Under the pieces are notes generated by a model that was not told the DNA's origin, ran no database searches, and worked only from the letters and a program-made list of their open reading frames with translations. From contig JANNPG010000523.1 in NCBI GenBank assembly GCA_031399805.1, positions 1 to 43,489 of the forward strand: a DNA stretch of 43,489 bases, written 5' to 3'. The stretch is from Betaproteobacteria bacterium. GTDB taxonomy: Bacteria > Pseudomonadota > Gammaproteobacteria > Burkholderiales > SG8-41. Positions 17,329 to 26,866 of the stretch are shown in pieces (position 1 is the stretch's first letter; every line of letters starts with the position of its first letter). A program made the translations under genes and the position numbers.

Positions 17329-18627
17329 ATGCCCAATCCGATCAGCGGACTGCTTAACCGGTTAAGCAGCCGCATCATCACGCCCAGCGACACGGAAGAG
17401 CAGAAGCTGCAAAAGACGCTGCTGATCTTCGCCTGCGGACTGATGGGATTCGCGGCCATGCTGTGGCTTATGATCTACCACGCGATGGGGATCAAATATT
17501 CGGCCACCGTGCCGCTGGTTTATCTGACGGTGTCGGCGGCCACGCTGGGAATATATGTGTGGAACCTCAACTTCGATTTCTTCCGTTTCGCGCAGACCAG
17601 CCTGTACCTGTTCGTGCCATTTATCATGCAGTGGTCGATCGGCAGCTATGTGACTTCGTCCGGCGTCATGCTGTGGGCACTACTGGCCCCGGTAGGCGTG
17701 ATGGTGTTTCAGGGACCCAGGGAGTCCGTGCCGTGGTTCTTCGCCTACCTCGTCCTGACCGCGGTGTCGGGTTTCTTCGACTACTACCTCGCCTACGGGA
17801 CGGAGAGAACCACGGGGCTGCCGCTGCAGACCATCGCCGTGTTTTTCGCGCTCAATTTCGCCGCGATGTCGACCATCGTCTATCTGCTGGTGGTTTACTT
17901 CGTGCGCCAGAAGGATCGCTTGAAGCTCGCGCTCGATCAGCAACACAGCCTGTTGCAGCTTGAGCAGGAACGCTCGGAGCGCCTGCTGCTCAACGTGTTG
18001 CCGGGACACATCGCGGAGCGCCTGAAGCGCGATCCCAGCGTCATTGCCGACGGGCTGGCTGATTGTACCGTGATGTTCGCCGACCTGACCGACTTCACGC
18101 GTCTCTCGCGGGAACTGCCGCCGCGCGATATGGTGGCGCTGCTGAACGAAGTTTTTTCCTGGTTTGACGGACTCGCCGAGAAATACCACCTGGAAAAAAT
18201 AAAGACCATCGGCGATGCCTACATGGTTGCCGGCGGCCTGCTCGATCACGACGCCAAGTATACGGATGCGATCATCAACATGGCGATTGACGTGCGCGAC
18301 AGGATCGGCGAGCGCAAAACCCGCACCGGCGAGTCCCTCGGTATACACATCGGCATCGGCAGCGGCCCGGTCGTGGCCGGCGTGATCGGCGTCAAGAAAT
18401 TCATCTACGACCTGTGGGGCAATACGGTCAATATCGCAAGCCGGCTGTCATCGGAGGCGACAACGGGCGGCATATTGGTTGACGCCACGACCTATCGCCG
18501 GTTACGCGGGCTCTATCAGTTCGAAGGCCCCGAATCGCTGAACGTCAAGGGCCAGCGCCAGCTCGCCTCCTACCGGCTGATAGCGAAATTGCCGCAATCC
18601 TCCGTGACCCGCGTGGAAGTCGCGTAA
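17329..18627 (+). CDS. Membrane-anchored class III adenylate cyclase (about six predicted TM helices plus a CHD domain)
   Basis: 'VMFADLTDFTRLS', 'EKIKTIGDAYMVAGG' and 'YDLWGNTVNIASRL'. The Lys (KTIGD) and Asp (YDLWG) residues favour ATP over GTP. The N-terminal 190 aa are hydrophobic. Confidence 0.85.
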   Translation: MPNPISGLLNRLSSRIITPSDTEEQKLQKTLLIFACGLMGFAAMLWLMIYHAMGIKYSATVPLVYLTVSAATLGIYVWNLNFDFFRFAQTSLYLFVPFIMQWSIGSYVTSSGVMLWALLAPVGVMVFQGPRESVPWFFAYLVLTAVSGFFDYYLAYGTERTTGLPLQTIAVFFALNFAAMSTIVYLLVVYFVRQKDRLKLALDQQHSLLQLEQERSERLLLNVLPGHIAERLKRDPSVIADGLADCTVMFADLTDFTRLSRELPPRDMVALLNEVFSWFDGLAEKYHLEKIKTIGDAYMVAGGLLDHDAKYTDAIINMAIDVRDRIGERKTRTGESLGIHIGIGSGPVVAGVIGVKKFIYDLWGNTVNIASRLSSEATTGGILVDATTYRRLRGLYQFEGPESLNVKGQRQLASYRLIAKLPQSSVTRVEVA

Positions 18628-18633
18628 CGACGG

Positions 18634-21342
18634 TCAATTCCGCGGGGGCGCCGCCTCCAGCACGCCGGCCCACAATTTTTTGACGGCAGCGATTTCCTGC
18701 GCAAGCGTGCCGGCCTCGACGCGCGCGTATTTGTCGCCCTGCAGGCGCAGGGCATGCTGCAGCTGGCGCAAGCGCCGGTAGGCATCGTGCACCGCAAGGG
18801 CTGCGCTTTGCGCGATCAACCCGAGGTGTGCCGCGAGCTTGAGCAGGGCGAGGTTGCCGATGTTGCCGACGAGTTGCGGATACTGGTGGGAGTATCCCAG
18901 CACCAGGTATTGCACGATGAATTCAACGTCTATCAGTCCGCCGCGGTCATGCTTGATGTCGAATTCGCCGCTGGCATTGGGGTGCGCCGCCAGCATCTTC
19001 TCGCGCATGGCGACGACCTCGTCGCGCAACGCCGCCAGCGCGCGCGGGTTACGCAGCACCTCGCTGCGAATTTTTTCGAAGCTTAAGGCAATGCCGGCGT
19101 CGCCGGCGACGCAACGCGCGCGCGTCAGCGCCTGGTGCTCCCATACCCAGGCGTGCGCGCGCTGATAATCCGCAAATCCGTCGAGGGAGCTGACCAGCAG
19201 TCCGCTGGCGCCGTCCGGGCGCAGACGCAAGTCGGTTTCGTACAGCACCCCTGCCGCCGTCGTGCTCGTCATCCACTGATTAATGCGCTGGGCGAGGCGC
19301 GCATAATTTTCGGCCGCTTCGGGCGCTGCGTCATGGTAGACGAAAATCAGGTCCAGATCGGACGCGTAGCCGAGTTCTTTGCCGCCGAGTTTGCCGTACG
19401 CAATGATGGCGAAGCGCGGCTCGTCGCAATGGCGGGTGCGCACTGCGTGCCAGGTAACGCGCAGTACTTCCGACAGGATCAGATCGGCGAGATCGGAGAG
19501 GTGATCGGACAGTTTTTCCAGCGGCAGTTCGCCGGCGAGATCCTGCGCGAGCAAATGCAGGGTCTGGGCGTGCTTGAAGTGGCGTAACACGTCCATCTGG
19601 CGCTCGCTGTCCGCCACCGCCTCATCGAGCCGGTTGCGCAGCAGCGCCTTCAATTGCGCCCACACCGGCGGCGCGTGGAGCGTGCGCGCGTCCAGCAACT
19701 CGTCGAGCAGTATCGGGTAGCGTGCCAGATACTCCGCGGCCCACGGGCTGGCGCTGGCAAGTCGTGCGCCGCGTTCTATGGTTTGCGGATACTGCAAGAG
19801 GAGCGCGAGGTACGCTTCGCGCCGGCTGATGCTTTCAAGCAACGTCAGCATGCGTTCGAGCGTCGCATTCGGATTCGGCAGTTTGGCCGCGCTGTCGATG
19901 ACCAGTGGCACCAAATGTTCCATGCGTGCGTGGCTGGCCTGCGGCATCTGGCGCACGCGGCTGCTATTGCGCAACGCAAGGATCCGCTCGAGCGCGCGCT
20001 GCGGATCCGTGTAGCCCAGTTTGCGCAGCAATTCGAGCGGCGCGTCGAGTCCGTCACCGTGCCACAGCCCGGCGAGCGGATGGGCATGGTTTTCCGCTGT
20101 GGTGAAGATGCTCTCGAAGTGGCGCGTCACGTGCCCGCGATGAAGATCGAGTCGTGCGCGCAGCGCGCCGTAGGCGGGATAGCCCATCGCCGCTGCGATC
20201 AGCGCCTGGTCTGCCTCCGCGGCCGGCAAAGTCTGCGTTTGTTTGTCGTCGAGGTACTGCAGTCGATGCTCGAGATTGCGCAGGAACACGTAGGCGTCCG
20301 TGAGTTCCTGCACCGCGGCCGCCGGCAGGAGCTTGCGCGCGGCGAGCACGGGCAGCACGGCGAGCGTGGGAGGCTGGCGCAACTGGGGATCATGCCCGCC
20401 GCGAACGAGCTGAAACAATTGCGCGATGAATTCAATTTCGCGGATGCCGCCAGGCCCGAGTTTGATGTTGTCCAGAATGTCGCGGCGCTCGACCTCGCGC
20501 CGCACTTCGCGATGCAGCCCGCGCATGGATTCGAACGCGCTGTAGTCGAGATGGCGGCGAAACACGAACGGCCGTACCAAGTCGGCGAGTTCCTGCGCGC
20601 GGTCGCCGCACACCACGCGCGCCTTGATCCATGCATAGCGTTCCCATTCGCGGCCTTGCGTGATGAAATAGTTCTCGAGCATGCCGAAGCTCACCGCAAG
20701 GGGCCCGTCGCTGCCCAGCGGCCGCAGCCGCATATCGACGCGGAATACGAAGCCGTCTGCCGTCAATTCGTTGAGCAGAGCGATCAGCCGGCGCGCGAAG
20801 CGTATGAAATATTCATGATTGCTCAGCACGCGCGGGCCGCGGGTTTCGCCGTCTTCGGGATAGACGAAGACGAGATCGATGTCGGAGGATACGTTGAGTT
20901 CAGTCCCGCCAAGCTTGCCCATGCCGACGACATGCAATCGTTGCACGAGGCCGCCGTTTGCCGAGGTCGGCTCGCCGTATTCCAGCGCAAACTGGCGCTC
21001 GAGATGGGCGGTTGCGGTTGCAATGGCGATATCGGCGAGCGCTGTCACTGTGGCGATGACTTCGTCGAGCGTCGCGAGCCGGCCGAGGTCGCGCGCGATG
21101 ACGCGCAGCATTACGCGTTTGCGCAGGTCGCGCAGGGCACGCATCAGCGCGGCGTCGTCGCGGCTGTCCGCGGCGGCGAGCTGCGCGCGCATCTCGTCGG
21201 CGCCGAACGGCGAGGAAAGGCTCGTTGCGGGCAGCAGGTCCGGTTCCACATCGAGCAAGCGCCGCGCGTAGCGCGACAACTGCGCCGCCTGCCGGATTAG
21301 CGTGTCCGCGTTCGCCGCCGCGCGGGCGTTAGGTACACTCAT
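18634..21342 (-). CDS. glnE: Bifunctional glutamine synthetase adenylyltransferase / adenylyl-removing enzyme
   Basis: 902 aa with two nucleotidyltransferase modules ('GKLGGTELNVSSDIDLVFVY' and 'GKLGGKELGYASDLDLIFVY'). Confidence 0.95.
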   Translation of the reverse strand: MSVPNARAAANADTLIRQAAQLSRYARRLLDVEPDLLPATSLSSPFGADEMRAQLAAADSRDDAALMRALRDLRKRVMLRVIARDLGRLATLDEVIATVTALADIAIATATAHLERQFALEYGEPTSANGGLVQRLHVVGMGKLGGTELNVSSDIDLVFVYPEDGETRGPRVLSNHEYFIRFARRLIALLNELTADGFVFRVDMRLRPLGSDGPLAVSFGMLENYFITQGREWERYAWIKARVVCGDRAQELADLVRPFVFRRHLDYSAFESMRGLHREVRREVERRDILDNIKLGPGGIREIEFIAQLFQLVRGGHDPQLRQPPTLAVLPVLAARKLLPAAAVQELTDAYVFLRNLEHRLQYLDDKQTQTLPAAEADQALIAAAMGYPAYGALRARLDLHRGHVTRHFESIFTTAENHAHPLAGLWHGDGLDAPLELLRKLGYTDPQRALERILALRNSSRVRQMPQASHARMEHLVPLVIDSAAKLPNPNATLERMLTLLESISRREAYLALLLQYPQTIERGARLASASPWAAEYLARYPILLDELLDARTLHAPPVWAQLKALLRNRLDEAVADSERQMDVLRHFKHAQTLHLLAQDLAGELPLEKLSDHLSDLADLILSEVLRVTWHAVRTRHCDEPRFAIIAYGKLGGKELGYASDLDLIFVYHDAAPEAAENYARLAQRINQWMTSTTAAGVLYETDLRLRPDGASGLLVSSLDGFADYQRAHAWVWEHQALTRARCVAGDAGIALSFEKIRSEVLRNPRALAALRDEVVAMREKMLAAHPNASGEFDIKHDRGGLIDVEFIVQYLVLGYSHQYPQLVGNIGNLALLKLAAHLGLIAQSAALAVHDAYRRLRQLQHALRLQGDKYARVEAGTLAQEIAAVKKLWAGVLEAAPPRN

Positions 21343-21352
21343 GTCGTTCGGG

Positions 21353-21380
21353 TTACAATTGATTTAGAAATCATTATGTT
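21353..21380 (+). promoter_or_regulatory. Candidate sigma70 promoter (TTACAA, 16 nt, TATGTT) facing the structured element and the yhdP-like gene
   Basis: It sits in the AT-rich patch between the glnE start and the left inverted repeat. The predicted transcription start is near 21387, at the 5' end of the left repeat. Confidence 0.3.
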
Positions 21381-21382
21381 GC

Positions 21383-21933
21383 TAAGAGTCTGTCTCATCA
21401 ATATCCGCGTGGGCGACGGAGGTCATTTTCGCCCAGTTCTAGGAGAACGACTGCAGCAATATGTCAATATTGCAAAGGAGGCCGACACCGAAATGGGCGA
21501 AAATGGCCCCGTCCCGAAGGGTTGTCGCCAGGAAAGCCGGCGCACCGCAGCGTGGAGCAGGGATCGGCGCAACGCGGAGCAGGGGCCCCGCGTGCGGGGA
21601 TGCGACGGTGGAGCCGATCATGGGCGCGTACACGCCGATCCCTTTGCGCGTCTGCGGGGTCAGATCCCAGAGGGGACCCTCTTCCGCCCTCCGACGCGCC
21701 CCGCCGGCGGGGATGCGACCGCGCAGGTGCGTGTGAATCGCGTGCATCGGTGCGCCCATTGTCGCGCTGCGGGGTCGCATCCAAGCATAATGCGCTTGGA
21801 ACCTGCTCCGCCCTCCACGCGACGCAGCGTTGCTCGTCTTGGCAATAGAGTGACTATTGCCTTCACCGGGCGCCTTGCACTCGACTTTTCTGGCGACAAC
21901 GCATCACGTGGATATTGATGAGACAGGCTCTGA
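21383..21933 (+). other. GC-rich non-coding element closed by 29-nt inverted repeats, with nested helices. It is a candidate structured RNA or leader; a MITE is the alternative.
   Basis: The outer helix 21383-21411 / 21905-21933 has 26 Watson-Crick pairs, 2 G-U pairs and 1 mismatch. Nested helices are 21421-21434/21495-21508, 21456-21462/21467-21473, 21521-21530/21891-21900 (perfect 10 bp), 21552-21561/21802-21811, 21562-21569/21633-21640, 21711-21726/21767-21782 and 21841-21848/21854-21861. The ORFs inside are Arg/Gly/Pro-rich junk. Confidence 0.5.
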
Positions 21934-21957
21934 ATTCTATGACTTTTCACTCCAATC

Positions 21958-24900
21958 GTGCCCGCCATTTCCATTTTTAAGTGGCTGCATGTCAGCACAC
22001 TCCGGGTTTACCGTGCGATAACCTGGGCAGTGCTGGCGTGCGCATTCGTGTTCGCGCTCGCCATCGTCGGGGTCCGGTTCTGGCTGCTGCCGAATATGGA
22101 GAGCTACCGCGAGCCGATCGAGCGCGAACTGAGCGAGGCGATCAAACAGCGCATTACGATCGGCAAGCTCGACGGGCGCTGGAGCGGGCTTAACCTTCAG
22201 TTGACGCTGGGAGACGTCGTCGTTTTCGACCGCGCCGACCAGCCGGCGCTCAAACTTGCGCGCGTCGACAGCACGCTGTCGTGGTGGTCGCTCATACTTT
22301 GGGAGCCGCGTTTCGATTCGATAGAGATTGAACGGCCGGATCTCAACATCAAGCGCAATACGCGCGGCATTGTGTCAGTCGCCGGTATCGAATTGAGCGA
22401 TAGTGCCGATGGCGGCGGCCTGTCTGACTGGTTGTTGCGGCAGGAAGTGATCGGCATTCGTGGCGCCGCGATTACCTGGCACGACGAGATGCGCGGCGCA
22501 CCGAAGCTGGCGCTGCAGGACGTTGATTTTCGCCTTGAGAACGACGGCCGGCAGCACCGCTTCGGTCTGCGCGCAGTGCCCCCAGCGTCGCTCGCCACCC
22601 CGCTCGACGTGCGCGGTGAATTTACCGGCCGGACGGTGACCGATCTCACGCAATGGAACGGTCAGCTGTTCGCGCAACTCGAATACACGAATATCGCCGC
22701 GTGGCGCACATGGGTACCGTTCCCGGTTTATTTTCCGCACGGCGCGGGGGCCGTGCGCATGTGGGTCGGCCTGAAAAAAGGCGAGCTTGCCGACATCAAG
22801 GCCGACGTGCAGTTGTCGCAGGTCAAGACGCGCCTCGGCAAGGAGCTGCCTGAGCTCGATCTCGAAGCGCTCAAGGGACGCGTGGGATGGAAGCTGCTCA
22901 ACGATGGATTCGAAGTGTCGACCACCAGGCTCAGCATGTCGACGCGCAGCTATACGCTGCAGCCGACTGATTTTTTCCTGCGCTATCATCACGCCAGCAA
23001 TGGGCGACCGCCGCGCGGGGAAATGCAGGCCACGGCGCTTGATATCGAGCCGCTCGTGGCGCTCGCCGATCATCTGCCGTTCGAACCGGAACTGCGCAAG
23101 GAACTCGAGAGCTACGCGCCGCGCGGCAGCTTATATGACGTGGCGGTGAAGTGGGCCGGGACGTGGCCGCGGCCGCAGCAATACGGCGTCAAGGCGAGAT
23201 TCGTCAATCTCGGGTTGAATCCGGTGGGCCGGTTGCCGGGGTTTGGCGGCGTCAGCGGCAGTGTCGACGGCAGCGAGCGCGGCGGCACGCTCTTTCTCAA
23301 TACGCAGAATGCGGCAGTCGAACTGCCGCTTGTTTTTCGTGAGAAGCTCGTGTTCGACACGCTCACCGCACAGGCCGGCTGGCAGCGCAACGGCGAACAA
23401 TACGATATCCGGCTCAAAGATATTTCGTTTTCCAACCGGGATCTCGCGGGCAGTGTATCGGGGGCCTATCAAACTGCCGCCGACGGTCAAGGCGTGATCG
23501 ATCTGACAGGCAATGCGACGCGCGCCGATGCGCGCAGTGTCGGGCGCTATATTCCGTTACGCATCGGCGAGCGCGGCCGGCAGTGGATGGAAAATGCGTT
23601 TCTGGGCGGCACCTCGAACGATGTGAAACTCCGGTTGAAGGGCAAATTGAATGGCTTTCCGTTCCCCGAGGGCAAAGGCGGCTTGTTCCAGGTGACCGCG
23701 CGCGTAACCGATGGTGTGCTCGATTACGCCAACGGCTGGCCGAAAATCGACAATATCGACGGCGATCTTACTTTTCGCGGCCGGCGCATGGATGTGCTCG
23801 TGCGCGACGCGTCGATTCTGGGCGTGAAGCTCGCGCGCGTGCGCGCGGAAATTCCGGACGTCGTCATCGCGGACCGCATGCTGACGGTAAGCGGAGAGGC
23901 CGAGGGTCCGACCGGCGAGTTTCTGAGCTTCATCGGCCGCAGTCCGCTGCTCGAAACGACTGACCATTTTACCGACAGCGTGCGCGCGGAAGGCCGCGGC
24001 AAGCTGGCGTTGAAGCTCGGCATTCCGATCAGCAATATCAAGGAGACCAGGGTCGCGGGAGCTTACCAGTTCCTCGACAACAGGATCGAGAGCGACGAGG
24101 TGTTTTTTCCGTTCGAGCAGGTCAACGCACGCATGGAGTTCACCGAATCGAGCGTTCGGGTGCCGGCGGCGACCATGACGATACTGGGCGGACCGGCAAC
24201 GCTCTCCGGCGGCACCCAGCGCGAGGGTGGCGTGCGTATGAACCTCGCCGGGCGCGTCAATATGGACAATTTTCGCCGCTCGACCAGTTCCCCGTTGGCA
24301 CAGGGATTACGCGGATCGACGGACTGGAAAACCACGGTGAATTTGCACAAACGTCTTGCCGACGTTGTGTTTGAATCGGCGATGCAGGGTATGGTTTCGG
24401 ATCTGCCGGCGCCGCTCGCCAAGAGCGCGGCCGACAGCCTGCCGCTTAAAATTGAGCGGCAAGTCACAAGTGCACAGCAGGACCGTATCATCTTGACGCT
24501 CGGTAATGTGGTGTCCGCGCAACTGCTACGGCGGATGGACGGCAGGCTGTCCGTTATCGAGCGCGGTACCATCAATCTCGGCGGCAACGCAGCGGAGCCA
24601 GAGCGCAAAGGGATTTGGATCAGCGGCGGGTTGAAGAGCCTCGATCTTGATCAGTGGCTGGCATTACTTAAAGCCGGTATCGGTGACGGCGGGCGGACAC
24701 AGCTTGCGGGACTGGACGTAAAATTCGGCGCCCTGGACGCGTTCGGCCGCCGCTTCAACGACCTTGCGATCAGCGGCAGCGCGCAGGCGGGCGTGTGGCA
24801 AACCACGCTGATCGGTCGCGAACTCGTCGGCGAGGTGACGTGGCGGTCGCAAGGCAAGGGTAAAGTCACCGCGCGCATGAAAAACCTGGTCATTCCGGCG

Positions 24901-25806
24901 GCAACGCCGGATCGTGCGCCGGTTGCGGCGGACAAAGGCAAAGAGCAGCCGCTCGAGTTGCCGGCACTCGATATTTATGCCGATAACTTTCAACTCCGGC
25001 AATTGAGCCTCGGCAAGCTCGAAGTCACCGCGGTTCCCGACGGGCGCGACTGGAAACTCGAACGACTGCATATTACCAATCCGGACGCGACACTGACTGT
25101 GGAAGGCGTGTGGCAAGGCTGGCTGACGCAGCCGCGCACGATGGTTAATGTCCGCCTCGACGTCAACGATATCGGCAAGCTGCTGGTGAGGCTCGGCCAG
25201 CCCGAGGGCGTCAAACGCGGCACGGCCAAGCTCGAAGGACCGCTGTCATGGGCCGGCAATCCGAGCGAGCTTGATTATGCGACACTGTCAGGCAATTTTG
25301 TCCTCGAAGCGAACAAGGGACAGTTCGTCAAGCTCGACCCCGGCATCGGCAAGCTGTTGGGCGTGTTAAGCCTGCAGTCGTTGCCGCGGCGGCTCTCGCT
25401 CGATTTTCGCGACATTTTCAGCGACGGGCTGGCCTTCGATGAAATCGTCAGCACGGTCAAGGTCAACCGCGGCATCGCCAACACCGAAAATTTCCGTATC
25501 CAGGGGCCGGCCGTGCGCATCCAGATGAGCGGGGATGTCGATCTGGCGCGGGAAACACAAAAATTGCGCGTCAAGGTATATCCCAGCATGAGCGACAGCC
25601 TGTCGGTGGCCGGTGCGCTGATCGGCGGTCCCATCGCGGGCATTGCCACGTTTCTCGCGCAAAAGCTGCTCAAGGACCCGATCGACAAGTTCGCCGCCTA
25701 TGAATACGACGTCACCGGAACCTGGGCTGACCCGCAGGTGTCGAAAGTCGAGTCTGCGCAGTCGAAAGAGGACTACATTCCGGCAGGCACGGGGAGATCG
25801 GATTGA
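21958..25806 (+). CDS. YhdP-family (AsmA-like, TIGR02099-type) large envelope protein
   Basis: 1282 aa with an N-terminal TM helix ('ITWAVLACAFVFALAIVGVRFWLLPNMESYR'). The body is long and beta-rich, and the C-terminus has an amphipathic segment. It is adjacent to tldD, as yhdP is in E. coli. GTG 21958 is the first start in the open frame. Confidence 0.8.
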   Translation: MPAISIFKWLHVSTLRVYRAITWAVLACAFVFALAIVGVRFWLLPNMESYREPIERELSEAIKQRITIGKLDGRWSGLNLQLTLGDVVVFDRADQPALKLARVDSTLSWWSLILWEPRFDSIEIERPDLNIKRNTRGIVSVAGIELSDSADGGGLSDWLLRQEVIGIRGAAITWHDEMRGAPKLALQDVDFRLENDGRQHRFGLRAVPPASLATPLDVRGEFTGRTVTDLTQWNGQLFAQLEYTNIAAWRTWVPFPVYFPHGAGAVRMWVGLKKGELADIKADVQLSQVKTRLGKELPELDLEALKGRVGWKLLNDGFEVSTTRLSMSTRSYTLQPTDFFLRYHHASNGRPPRGEMQATALDIEPLVALADHLPFEPELRKELESYAPRGSLYDVAVKWAGTWPRPQQYGVKARFVNLGLNPVGRLPGFGGVSGSVDGSERGGTLFLNTQNAAVELPLVFREKLVFDTLTAQAGWQRNGEQYDIRLKDISFSNRDLAGSVSGAYQTAADGQGVIDLTGNATRADARSVGRYIPLRIGERGRQWMENAFLGGTSNDVKLRLKGKLNGFPFPEGKGGLFQVTARVTDGVLDYANGWPKIDNIDGDLTFRGRRMDVLVRDASILGVKLARVRAEIPDVVIADRMLTVSGEAEGPTGEFLSFIGRSPLLETTDHFTDSVRAEGRGKLALKLGIPISNIKETRVAGAYQFLDNRIESDEVFFPFEQVNARMEFTESSVRVPAATMTILGGPATLSGGTQREGGVRMNLAGRVNMDNFRRSTSSPLAQGLRGSTDWKTTVNLHKRLADVVFESAMQGMVSDLPAPLAKSAADSLPLKIERQVTSAQQDRIILTLGNVVSAQLLRRMDGRLSVIERGTINLGGNAAEPERKGIWISGGLKSLDLDQWLALLKAGIGDGGRTQLAGLDVKFGALDAFGRRFNDLAISGSAQAGVWQTTLIGRELVGEVTWRSQGKGKVTARMKNLVIPAATPDRAPVAADKGKEQPLELPALDIYADNFQLRQLSLGKLEVTAVPDGRDWKLERLHITNPDATLTVEGVWQGWLTQPRTMVNVRLDVNDIGKLLVRLGQPEGVKRGTAKLEGPLSWAGNPSELDYATLSGNFVLEANKGQFVKLDPGIGKLLGVLSLQSLPRRLSLDFRDIFSDGLAFDEIVSTVKVNRGIANTENFRIQGPAVRIQMSGDVDLARETQKLRVKVYPSMSDSLSVAGALIGGPIAGIATFLAQKLLKDPIDKFAAYEYDVTGTWADPQVSKVESAQSKEDYIPAGTGRSD

Positions 25807-25905
25807 CTCGCGTGTTAGCATTGGCGCTGTTGTGCGCGGCGGCGCGCGCATCGCGCTGATCAATGACGTAAGACCGAACGAACCGTTGAAACTAGAAATC
25901 GTGAA

Positions 25906-26790
25906 ATGAGCCCCAAATTCGCATCGTCATTCGGCCGCACGCGGCCGCACGCCGGCCGGTCTGGCAAGGCCGAATCGCCGGCGGTCGTGCGCATCGCCGC
26001 CGTGCAACTTGCTTCCGGTCCCAGCGTGGCGGCCAATTTGAACGAGGCGCGCCGGTTGATCGGCATGGCGGTCGCGCAGGGCGCCAAGCTGGTTGCGTTG
26101 CCCGAGTATTTCGCTATCATGGGCATGCAGGATCACGACAAAGTCAGGGTGCGCGAAGCCGAAGGCAAGGGTCCGATCCAGGCCTTTCTCGCGGAGACCG
26201 CAAAGAAGCACCGGATCTGGCTGGTGGGCGGCTCGGTTCCACTGGTGTCTGACCACGAAAACAAAGTGCGCAACAGTTGCCTCGTGTATGACGACAAGGG
26301 CAAACTCGTCGCGCGCTACGACAAGATCCATTTGTTTGGTTTCGAGATGGGCAAGGAACAATATTCGGAGGAGCGCACCATCGAGCCGGGGCGCGACGTC
26401 AAGGTCATCGACTCGCCGTTCGGCCGCCTCGGCCTGTCGATCTGTTACGATCTGCGCTTTCCGGAACTGTACCGCGCCATGAAAGATGTCGATATCATTC
26501 TCGTGCCATCGGCGTTTACCGAGACAACCGGCAAGGCGCATTGGGAAACACTCATCCGCGCGCGTGCGATCGAAAATCTCGCCTACGTGCTGGCGCCCGC
26601 GCAGGGCGGTTACCATCTTAACGGTCGCGAGACGCATGGCGACAGCATGATCGTCGACCCGTGGGGCGTGGTGCTCGACCGCCTGCCGCGCGGTTCCGGC
26701 GTGGTGGTGGCGGGCATCAACCCGGAATACTTGCAGCGCCTGCGCAAGAGCCTGCCCGCGCTCGATCATCGTACCCTGCATCGCGTGTAG
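25906..26790 (+). CDS. Carbon-nitrogen hydrolase family protein (Nit / omega-amidase-like)
   Basis: Catalytic triad context: 'LPEYF' (Glu), 'YDKIHLF' (Lys) and '[12 protein letters not shown]' (Cys). The start is uncertain: ATG 25906, or GTG 25987 just before 'VRIAAVQL'. Confidence 0.85.
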   Translation: MSPKFASSFGRTRPHAGRSGKAESPAVVRIAAVQLASGPSVAANLNEARRLIGMAVAQGAKLVALPEYFAIMGMQDHDKVRVREAEGKGPIQAFLAETAKKHRIWLVGGSVPLVSDHENKVRNSCLVYDDKGKLVARYDKIHLFGFEMGKEQYSEERTIEPGRDVKVIDSPFGRLGLSICYDLRFPELYRAMKDVDIILVPSAFTETTGKAHWETLIRARAIENLAYVLAPAQGGYHLNGRETHGDSMIVDPWGVVLDRLPRGSGVVVAGINPEYLQRLRKSLPALDHRTLHRV

Positions 26791-26866
26791 AAATTTCTGC
26801 GCCGGCGCCGGGACGCCGCCGCATCACCCCGAACCCCTAATCCTTGTTGTTGCCACCGGACCCTTG

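Noticed and set aside
18627-18634. Searched for a terminator between the convergent cyclase and glnE genes
   Set aside because: Only 6 bp separate the two stop codons and no hairpin is possible. This is noted under the cyclase finding rather than as a feature.
21528-21546. 'CCAGGAAAGCCGGCGC' resembles the conserved 'GAGGAAAGUCCGGGC' core of RNase P RNA
   Set aside because: Only this short motif matches. The other universally conserved RNase P elements, such as the 3' 'ACAGAACCCGGCUUA'-type segment and the P4 pairing partners, are not present. This is not rnpB.
21376-21918. A 180-aa ORF, with several overlapping 90-113-aa ORFs, inside the glnE-yhdP spacer
   Set aside because: All are Arg/Gly/Pro/Ala-rich and have no Shine-Dalgarno. 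They overlap one another in several frames and coincide with the extensive base-pairing described in the findings. The region is better explained as structured non-coding sequence.
21383-21933. A simple MITE interpretation of the inverted-repeat-bounded element
   Set aside because: This is not fully excluded, but I found no target-site duplication flanking the repeats, no second copy in the 43 kb, and no resemblance to an IS terminal repeat that I recognise. The G-U-only substitutions favour an RNA-level constraint. It is kept as the alternative hypothesis in the finding.
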